Assembly (NCBI GenBank): GCA_036679605.1
Contig: JAZDCZ010000386.1
Coordinates: forward strand, 32,001 to 96,000
DNA length: 64,000 nucleotides
Reading direction: 5' to 3'
Source of the DNA: Gemmatimonadota bacterium
GTDB taxonomy: Bacteria; Gemmatimonadota; Gemmatimonadetes; Gemmatimonadales; GWC2-71-9
A model generated the notes under the pieces. That model was not told the DNA's origin. It saw only the letters and a program-made list of their open reading frames with translations, and searched no databases. Below are positions 26,734-34,041 of this stretch, piece after piece. Every line of letters begins with the position of its first letter. The stretch's first letter is position 1. A program made the position numbers and the translations under genes.

Positions 26734-29073
26734 ATGTCGATGTCTCGTATGAAGACGGCTCTAGTTGCCCTAGGCGCTACGTTTACGATTGTGGCTCCTC
26801 CATTACATGCACAGGACTTCGATCTCACGGTAGAGAACATAATGCGTGGCCCGGAGTTAGTCGGGACTGCCCCGAGGGCGCTTCGGGGTGGTGGGTTCTT
26901 TGGGGGCGGTGGCGGGTTTAGTTGGTCGCCCGACAGCCGGTATGTGTATTTCCGTTGGAAACAGCCTGGAGTGGACACTGGGGCAGTCATATATCGCGTT
27001 GAGGCTAGGGGTGGCCGGCCAGAGCGGCTCGACGATGTGGACGCAGACAAGATTTTGGCGGGTGCTGCGGTATGGTCACCCGATCGCAAGCAAGCAATCT
27101 TCGCTGTTGGAGGCGACCTCGTGCTGTGGCGAGCGAGTGGTTCGCGGTACATCACCAGGGGCGCCGGACGCGAGTCGAGTCCGAGTTGGTCTTCGGACGG
27201 ACAGATAGTCTATTACCAGCGCGATGGTAACATGTTCGCGTTGAACCTTGCCAATACCGAACTCAGACAGCTCACAGATATCAGACGCGGCGCCGCTCCC
27301 AAGGACGCTAAGAAAGCATCCGCCCAGCGCAAGTTCGTGACGGGGGAAGAGGAAAGACTGTTTGAGTTCATTCGCGACGGTGAGTTCGAGAAGCAACCGT
27401 GGGGGCGCCGTCCTGCCGAACCCGACTCGACGAAACCGCAGCCGTTTTATCCAGGTCAAAACAAGAGTGTTCAGGGAATGCGAGTTACGCCAGATGGAGA
27501 GTTTGTATTGATGACCATCTCCGAGCGTGCGCGAGACTCCAAACGAATCACCCTGCCTGTATGGATCAACCCAGAGGGGTATGTAACGACCTACACGGGG
27601 CGAGCCAAGGTTGGGGACGAGCAGGGGAAATTACGGGCAGCGATACTCGAGGTAGCGACGGGAAAGGTAACCTTCGTAGGTGATAGTGTTGGGGAGGGTG
27701 AGCGCAGTATCAACGGAATGGCTGTATCGCGCAATTCACGCCACGCACTGGTGCGCATCACCAGCGACGACGACGAAAACCGTTGGCTGGCAGTGGTCGA
27801 CCTGCCGAGTCTCGAGACGAGGGTGGTGGACGAACGTCACGACGCTGCTTGGATAGGTCGCATGCTATCGTTTACGATGGGCTTTCTCCCTGATGGAGAA
27901 ACCGTCTATTTCGGCTCGGAGAAAACCGGATGGTCTCACTTGTATACCGTGCCTGCCGCAGGTGGTGATCCCAAGGCCCTCACGAGTGGAGAATGGGAGG
28001 TGCAGGGTGCCAGGCTCTCGACAGACGGTCGGACCTTTTACATAACCGCCAATCGGGATGGGTTCGCGGAGGTCCACTTTTACACGCTACCGGCCAACGG
28101 AGGCAAGTTGACCCGCATCACATCGGCAATGGGACGGCAAGACGCGAGCGTCTCGCCGGATGGTCGCTGGTTGTCGATGTCGCATTCGGAAGCGAATCAC
28201 CCACCCGAACTCTATATCCAGGAGAACCGAGCCGGACGCGAGATGCGACAGATCACCGAGAGCACCACGGAAGAGTGGCGTCGCGGGTCGTGGATTAAGC
28301 CGGAGATCGTGATGATCAGGGCACGGGACGGCGTGGAGGTTCCGGCGCGGGTGTACCGACCGGCCGGAAACGTAGCGGCCGAGGGCAGTCGGCCGGCTGT
28401 GATCTTCGTGCACGGAGCGGGGTACTTACAAAACGTTCACAACTGGTGGTCCAACTATTATCGCGAGTACATGTTCCACCACCTGCTGGCCTCCAAGGGC
28501 TACACGGTGTTGGACATGGACTATCGCGGCAGCGCCGGCCACGGCCGTGATTGGAGGACCGCCATCTACCGTCATATGGGTGGTCAGGATCTAACAGATC
28601 AAGTAGATGGGGCGAAGTGGCTCGTAGAGAACATGGGCATAGATGCGGAACGCATAGGTATGTACGGCGGCAGCTACGGAGGGTTCATAACATTGATGGC
28701 GATGTTCACGACGCCCGGTGTCATCAAGTCGGGCGCCGCACTCAGACCCGTAACGGACTGGGCACATTACAACGACGGCTACACGTCCAACATCCTGAAC
28801 GACCCCCAAGAGGACTCACTGGCATACGAGCGTTCGTCGCCGATTAATTTTGCTGAAGGTCTCGAGGGCAACCTGCTCATCGCCCATGGCATGCTGGATG
28901 ACAACGTGCTGTTCTACGATACGGTGCGGCTCACTCAGCGGCTGATCGAGCTAGGGAAGAAGAACTGGCAGGTGGCAATGTATCCAGTGGAGCGCCACGG
29001 ATTTCAGCAGGCATCGAGCTGGACGGACGAGTACAGTAGGATCTTAAAGCTGTTCGAAACGACGCTGAAGTGA
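26734..29073 (+). CDS. Secreted S9 prolyl oligopeptidase / DPP-IV family peptidase
   Basis: Signal peptide; WSPD beta-propeller repeats; GGSYGG nucleophile, HGMLDDNV, ERHGF. Confidence 0.93.
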   Translation: MSMSRMKTALVALGATFTIVAPPLHAQDFDLTVENIMRGPELVGTAPRALRGGGFFGGGGGFSWSPDSRYVYFRWKQPGVDTGAVIYRVEARGGRPERLDDVDADKILAGAAVWSPDRKQAIFAVGGDLVLWRASGSRYITRGAGRESSPSWSSDGQIVYYQRDGNMFALNLANTELRQLTDIRRGAAPKDAKKASAQRKFVTGEEERLFEFIRDGEFEKQPWGRRPAEPDSTKPQPFYPGQNKSVQGMRVTPDGEFVLMTISERARDSKRITLPVWINPEGYVTTYTGRAKVGDEQGKLRAAILEVATGKVTFVGDSVGEGERSINGMAVSRNSRHALVRITSDDDENRWLAVVDLPSLETRVVDERHDAAWIGRMLSFTMGFLPDGETVYFGSEKTGWSHLYTVPAAGGDPKALTSGEWEVQGARLSTDGRTFYITANRDGFAEVHFYTLPANGGKLTRITSAMGRQDASVSPDGRWLSMSHSEANHPPELYIQENRAGREMRQITESTTEEWRRGSWIKPEIVMIRARDGVEVPARVYRPAGNVAAEGSRPAVIFVHGAGYLQNVHNWWSNYYREYMFHHLLASKGYTVLDMDYRGSAGHGRDWRTAIYRHMGGQDLTDQVDGAKWLVENMGIDAERIGMYGGSYGGFITLMAMFTTPGVIKSGAALRPVTDWAHYNDGYTSNILNDPQEDSLAYERSSPINFAEGLEGNLLIAHGMLDDNVLFYDTVRLTQRLIELGKKNWQVAMYPVERHGFQQASSWTDEYSRILKLFETTLK

Positions 29074-29127
29074 TCGGATGTATCTTTCGTGCAATATTTT
29101 TTTGAGACCCACAAGATTAGAGGTTCC

Positions 29128-30756
29128 GTGACAAAGCCAGAACCCGGAATTCTGACACGCCGTCTCGGAAGTATCCTCTTGGCAGTGACATTCATTGCCG
29201 CCTGTGGTGGCGGTTCGTCCACCGACGGCGGGAACAATAACAACAACAACCCTCCGCCTTCCACAACGGTGCCAAAAGCGACGTCCCTGGTCCGCGTGTC
29301 GGCCAGTCCGGATACGGGGATCGCGGGAGAGGCCCTGAGTTCTCCACTAGTAGCGCAAATCAACGATCAATCCGGCAAGCCGCTTGCCGGTGTTGTCGTG
29401 AACTTTTCGGTCACGTTGGGCGGGGGAAGCGTGTCGGCAAGCGTTGACACTACCGGTAGCAACGGGCAAGTGACGACGGTCTGGACCTTGGGGACAGGAG
29501 TCGGCTTTCAGCAGGCCAGGGCCACATCCGCCGGACTATCGGCGGCGGCGTTCGCCGCAACTGCCGTCGCCGGTCCTCCGGTGCTTATGACTGCCATCGC
29601 TCCCCTCTTGCAAAACACGGTGATCGGGACAGCAGTGAGCGGGCCTCCAGGTGTCAGAGTCACCGATCAGTTCGACAACGGGGTAGCTGGCATACAAGTG
29701 GTGTTCACCGTGGAGACCGGTGGCGGTAACCTGACGGGTGATACTGCGATAAGCGACTCTCAAGGGGTGGCAGTGGTGGGAAGCTGGATTGTAGGCTCGA
29801 CTGCGGGCCAGAACACCGTTTCGGCGCTCGCGACATCGATGGGCATAGCCGGGAACCCGATTGTCTTCACTGCGGACGGAGTCCTTACCGCGTTCGACCT
29901 GGAGGTGCGTTTCTCGGCGGGAGTCAACCCAACCGCTGGTCAGATGAAAGCCTTCGACGATGCGGCGGCAAAGTGGCGGTCTATCATAGTGGGAGACCTG
30001 GCAAACATTCCGTTCGATCCAGCGATTGCACAGCAACCGGCGTGTGGCCCGCCAGGGGTGATACCCACCCTGGAAGAGGAAATTGATGACATGGTCATTT
30101 TCGTTCAATTCGACAGTCTCGATGGACCAGGCGGCGTGTTGGGGCAGGCGGGTATATGCTTCATTCGGGTGGCGGACACCCTCCCAGTGGTCGGTTTCAT
30201 GCTGTTCGATATCGCTGACGTCCAGCAGCTGGAGGCTGATAATCAGCTGGAAAGTGTGATCCTGCACGAGATGGGTCATGTCTTGGGGATCGGCTTCCTA
30301 TGGGCCCCATTTGGGTTGCTGCAAGATCCGTCCGACACGGCATTTGCGGGTACGTTAGGTGCGGACACCCACTTTAACGGTGCGGCCGCAATTGCCGCAT
30401 TCGATTCGTTAGGCGGGACCGGGTTCACTGGGGCAAAGGTGCCGGTGGAGAACAACCAGGCGTCGTTTGGCTCTGGGGCCTTGGACGCGCATTGGCGGGA
30501 GGCAGCCTTGATCAATGAACTCATGACTCCCGTGCTGAATTCGACGTTGCTCAATCCGCTGTCAGCAATAACCACTGGGTCTCTCAGAGACCTGGGTTAC
30601 TCTGTTAACGTCAGCGCTTCAGATCCGTTTACCGTCCCAGCCCCTGGCAGCGTTGCGGGTTTGCTGAACATTGTACGCATGGTAGATGACATGTGGGGTG
30701 GTCCGATCTATTTCGTTAACACTGGGGTAACGATAAAACGGGCAACCCGTAGGTGA
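29128..30756 (+). CDS. Lipoprotein with two Big_1/Ig-like domains and a leishmanolysin (M8)-like zinc metalloprotease domain, copy 1
   Basis: Likely GTG start 29128; lipobox IAAC; DGPGGVLGQAG, HEMGHVLGIG, HWRE, ELMTP Met-turn, LRDLGY. Confidence 0.85.
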   Translation: MTKPEPGILTRRLGSILLAVTFIAACGGGSSTDGGNNNNNNPPPSTTVPKATSLVRVSASPDTGIAGEALSSPLVAQINDQSGKPLAGVVVNFSVTLGGGSVSASVDTTGSNGQVTTVWTLGTGVGFQQARATSAGLSAAAFAATAVAGPPVLMTAIAPLLQNTVIGTAVSGPPGVRVTDQFDNGVAGIQVVFTVETGGGNLTGDTAISDSQGVAVVGSWIVGSTAGQNTVSALATSMGIAGNPIVFTADGVLTAFDLEVRFSAGVNPTAGQMKAFDDAAAKWRSIIVGDLANIPFDPAIAQQPACGPPGVIPTLEEEIDDMVIFVQFDSLDGPGGVLGQAGICFIRVADTLPVVGFMLFDIADVQQLEADNQLESVILHEMGHVLGIGFLWAPFGLLQDPSDTAFAGTLGADTHFNGAAAIAAFDSLGGTGFTGAKVPVENNQASFGSGALDAHWREAALINELMTPVLNSTLLNPLSAITTGSLRDLGYSVNVSASDPFTVPAPGSVAGLLNIVRMVDDMWGGPIYFVNTGVTIKRATRR

Positions 30757-30760
30757 TGAT

Positions 30761-31390
30761 GTGCACGGTGAGACGAAGTGGGCTGAGTTGGTGAGCAAGC
30801 GCCCGACAAACATGTTGGCGCATGCAGCTGGTATAGCTGTTTTTCTGCTATCCGCGTGTACCGGGCGCCGCGAGTTTCGTACACTGGTGCCGTGGTGCGT
30901 TGAGCAAGAGGGTCAACTATCGGGCGCCGCGAGTGCGGATGGTATGGCTGGTGAGTATGCTCTTACGCTGGTAGCCACCACAGGGGCGCGGGTGGAAGGC
31001 AGGCTCACGCTCCTCAGAACGGACAGTGAGTCACTCCAGTTTATCGGAGTGAACGGATCACCAGATCTTTCGACGGTGGTGCCGGCCTACGGAACCGCCG
31101 AAATTGCGCTCGAGAAAGTTGGGGCCGTTCGACTGGGAGATCTCTCGTCGCGCGACGTCGCCAAGCCCGGAGTTGCTGTACTGCAAACCACTGCCGCCGG
31201 TGGCGGCGCTCCGTCAATCGTCGTACGTATCGGATCGCTGGCCAACGATCGCCGCATAGTGCGATTCGATGGTGGTTTCACGGCGCTCTACGTGGCCAAG
31301 ATCGATAGTTCTGGATTTGTGGGAGGTTGGCGCAGCGGAGTCCGGGGTACCGCTGCAGAAGGGTATTTCTGCGCCTTCCGCTATAAGTAA
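30761..31390 (+). CDS. Hypothetical lipoprotein, copy 1
   Basis: Lipobox LSAC (start may be ATG 30812); beta-rich; PWC...GYFCA cysteine pair; paralog of 33396-34037. Confidence 0.75.
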   Translation: MHGETKWAELVSKRPTNMLAHAAGIAVFLLSACTGRREFRTLVPWCVEQEGQLSGAASADGMAGEYALTLVATTGARVEGRLTLLRTDSESLQFIGVNGSPDLSTVVPAYGTAEIALEKVGAVRLGDLSSRDVAKPGVAVLQTTAAGGGAPSIVVRIGSLANDRRIVRFDGGFTALYVAKIDSSGFVGGWRSGVRGTAAEGYFCAFRYK

Positions 31391-31440
31391 AGGCTGATCG
31401 GAGAACCGACCTGCCGTATTGTCGAGGAACCTTGGTTACA

Positions 31441-31459
31441 GGCAACTAATCTAGTTGCC
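31441..31459. other. Perfect 8-bp hairpin at the duplication junction
   Basis: GGCAACTA-ATC-TAGTTGCC. Confidence 0.5.
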
Positions 31460-31474
31460 GTTCGTCACCCCGCC

Positions 31475-31713
31475 CGTCGCCGATTAATTTTGCCGAAGGT
31501 CTCGAGGGCAACTTGCTCATCGCCCATGGCATGCTGGATGACAACATGCTGTTCTACGATACGGTGCGGCTTACTCAGCGGGGGATCGAGCTGGGCAAGA
31601 AGAACCGGCAGGTGGCCATGTATCCGGTGGAGCGCCACGGATTTCAGCAGGCATCGAGCTGGGCAGACGAGTACGGTAGGATCTTGAAGCTGTTCAAGAC
31701 GACGCTGAAGTGA
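31475..31713 (+). pseudogene. Duplicated 3' fragment of the S9 peptidase gene
   Basis: Colinear with 28835-29073, about 17 substitutions in 239 nt by hand count and no indels; lacks the propeller and catalytic Ser. Confidence 0.88.
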
Positions 31714-31780
31714 TGGTATGTGACGGATGAATGTATCTTTCGTGCTATATTCTTTTGAGACCCACAAGATGAGAGGTTCC

Positions 31781-33394
31781 GTGACAAAGCCAGAAGCCGG
31801 AATTCTGACACGCCGTCTCGGAAGTATCCTCTTGGCAGTGACATTGGTTGCGGCCTGTAGTGGCGGTTCGTCTACCGACAGTGGGAACGACAATAACCCT
31901 CCACCCTCCACTGTGAATCCGAAGGAGACGTCCCTGGTACGCGTGTCGGCCAGTCCGGATACCGGGGTCGCGGGAGAGGCCCTGAGTTCTCCACTAGTAG
32001 CGCAGGTCAACGATCAATCCGGCAAGCCGCTTGCCGGTGTTGTCGTGAACTTTTCGGTCACGTTGGGTGGGGGAAGCATGTCGGCAAGCGTTGACACTAC
32101 CGGTAGCAACGGGCAAGTCACGGCGGTCTGGACCTTGGGGACAGGAGTCGGCTTTCAGCAGGCCAGGGCCACATCCGCCGGACTATCGGCGGCGGCGTTC
32201 GCGGCAACTGCCGTTGCCGGCCCTGCGGTGCTAATGACTGCCATTTCTCCCCTCACGCAAAACACGGTTATCGGAACCGCGGTGAGCGGACCTCCGCGTG
32301 TCAGAATCACCGATCAGTTCGACAACTCGGTACCCGGTATCGAAGTGGTGTTCACCGTGGAGACCGGTGGCGGTAGCCTGACGGGTGATACTGCGATAAG
32401 CGACTCTCAAGGGGTGGCAGTGGTGGGAAGCTGGATTGTAGGCTCGACTGCGGGCCAGAACATGGTTTCGGCGGTAGCGACGCCGATGGGTATTGCGGGG
32501 AGTCCGATTGTCTTCACTGCGGACGGCGTTCTTACGGCGTTTAACATTGATTTGCGCTACTCGTTCGGAACGACCCCCAGCGCAGGGCAGAGTGCGGCGT
32601 TCGACAATGCGGTGGCCCAGTGGCAGTCGATCATCGTGGGAGATCTGCCCGACATCTTGTTCGACGGTAGCCAGATGAATTGTGGGCCTCCGGGAGTAGT
32701 GCCCACGTTGAATGAGACGATCGACGACGTAGTGATCTACGCCCAATTGGATAGCATCGATGGACCTGGTGGCGTATTAGGACAGGCCGGGCCGTGCGTC
32801 ATTAGCAATTTGGACAGTTTGCCGGTCTTGGGTTTCATGATGTTCGACATTGCCGACCTGGCACAGCTCGAGGCAAACGGTCAACTGAAAAGCGTGGTCC
32901 TGCACGAGATGGGGCATGTCCTGGGCATCGGCACTTTGTGGAACCTCTTTGGGTTGCTGCAGAATCCGTCCGACACGGCGGCCGGGGGTACGTTGGGTGC
33001 GGACACTCACTTCACTGGTGCGGCGGCAATTGCCGCGTTCGATTCGTTGGGTGGGGCGGGGTTCTCTGGAGCAAAGGTGGCGGTGGAGAACAACCAGGCG
33101 CGATTCGGGAGTGGAAGTTTGGACGCGCATTGGCGGGAGTCAGTTTTGAACACTGAACTCATGACCCCCCAGCTGGATGGTGGGGCCAACCCGCTGTCTG
33201 CAATAACCAGCGCCTCATTGGCCGACATGGGCTATATGGTGAATATCGGTGGGAGCGATGCCTTTGTTGTTCCCGCCCCAAGTGCGGTAGCTGGGGGGCG
33301 GAACATTCTGCTACTGGAAAACGATATTTGGGACGGGCCGATCTATATCGGCAACACTGGGGTGACGATAGCACGAGCAACCCGCAGGCGGTGA
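31781..33394 (+). CDS. Big_1/Ig-like plus leishmanolysin (M8)-like metalloprotease lipoprotein, copy 2
   Basis: Likely GTG start 31781; lipobox VAAC; HEMGHVLGIG, HWRE, ELMTP all intact. Confidence 0.85.
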   Translation: MTKPEAGILTRRLGSILLAVTLVAACSGGSSTDSGNDNNPPPSTVNPKETSLVRVSASPDTGVAGEALSSPLVAQVNDQSGKPLAGVVVNFSVTLGGGSMSASVDTTGSNGQVTAVWTLGTGVGFQQARATSAGLSAAAFAATAVAGPAVLMTAISPLTQNTVIGTAVSGPPRVRITDQFDNSVPGIEVVFTVETGGGSLTGDTAISDSQGVAVVGSWIVGSTAGQNMVSAVATPMGIAGSPIVFTADGVLTAFNIDLRYSFGTTPSAGQSAAFDNAVAQWQSIIVGDLPDILFDGSQMNCGPPGVVPTLNETIDDVVIYAQLDSIDGPGGVLGQAGPCVISNLDSLPVLGFMMFDIADLAQLEANGQLKSVVLHEMGHVLGIGTLWNLFGLLQNPSDTAAGGTLGADTHFTGAAAIAAFDSLGGAGFSGAKVAVENNQARFGSGSLDAHWRESVLNTELMTPQLDGGANPLSAITSASLADMGYMVNIGGSDAFVVPAPSAVAGGRNILLLENDIWDGPIYIGNTGVTIARATRRR

Positions 33395-33395
33395 T

Positions 33396-34037
33396 GTGCA
33401 TAAACAGACGAAATTGGCAACGTTGGTGAGGAATCGAATGACGAGCATGTTTGCTCGGGCAGGTGTAGTAGCTGTTTTTCTGCTATCAGCGTGTATCGGG
33501 CGCCGCGAGGTTCGCACACTAGTGCCGTGGTGCGTCGAGCAGGAGGGTCAACTATCTGCCGATGCGAGTGCAGACGGTATGGTTGGCGAGTACGCTTTTA
33601 CGCTGGTAGCTACTACAGGGGCGCAGGAGGGCGAGCGGGTGGAAGGCAGACTCACCCTCTTCGCGACCGACATCGAGTCACGTCAGTTTGTCGGCGCGAG
33701 CGGATCTCCAGATCCTTCGACGGTGGTGCCCGCCTACGGAACCGCCGAGATTGCGCTCGAGAGAGTGGGGGCCGTTCGACTGGGAGATCTTTCCTCGCGC
33801 GACGTAGCCAAGCCCGGAGTTGCCGTCCTGCAAACCCAAGCCGCTGGTGGTGGGGCTCCGTCGATCGTCGTACGTCTCGGCTCGTTGGCCAACGATCGCA
33901 GCATAGTGCGGTTCGATGGTGGTTTCACCGCACTCTTCGTGGCCAAGATCGATGACTCCGGATTTGTCGGAGGTTGGCGCAGTGGAGTCCGAGGCATCGA
34001 TGCCGAGGGGTATTTCTGCGCCTTCCGCGATAAGTAG
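33396..34037 (+). CDS. Hypothetical lipoprotein, copy 2
   Basis: Lipobox LSAC; close paralog of 30761-31390, 4 aa longer (GAQEGER versus GAR). Confidence 0.75.
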   Translation: MHKQTKLATLVRNRMTSMFARAGVVAVFLLSACIGRREVRTLVPWCVEQEGQLSADASADGMVGEYAFTLVATTGAQEGERVEGRLTLFATDIESRQFVGASGSPDPSTVVPAYGTAEIALERVGAVRLGDLSSRDVAKPGVAVLQTQAAGGGAPSIVVRLGSLANDRSIVRFDGGFTALFVAKIDDSGFVGGWRSGVRGIDAEGYFCAFRDK

Positions 34038-34041
34038 CAGC

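Noticed and set aside
31513..31713. 66-aa ORF as a functional mini-peptidase
   Set aside because: It is the duplicated S9 tail without the catalytic Ser and carries disruptive changes (L to G, W to R); treated as a pseudogene.
29128..33394. Diversity-generating retroelement or other targeted mutagenesis behind the paralog divergence
   Set aside because: No reverse transcriptase in the window and substitutions are not adenine-specific.
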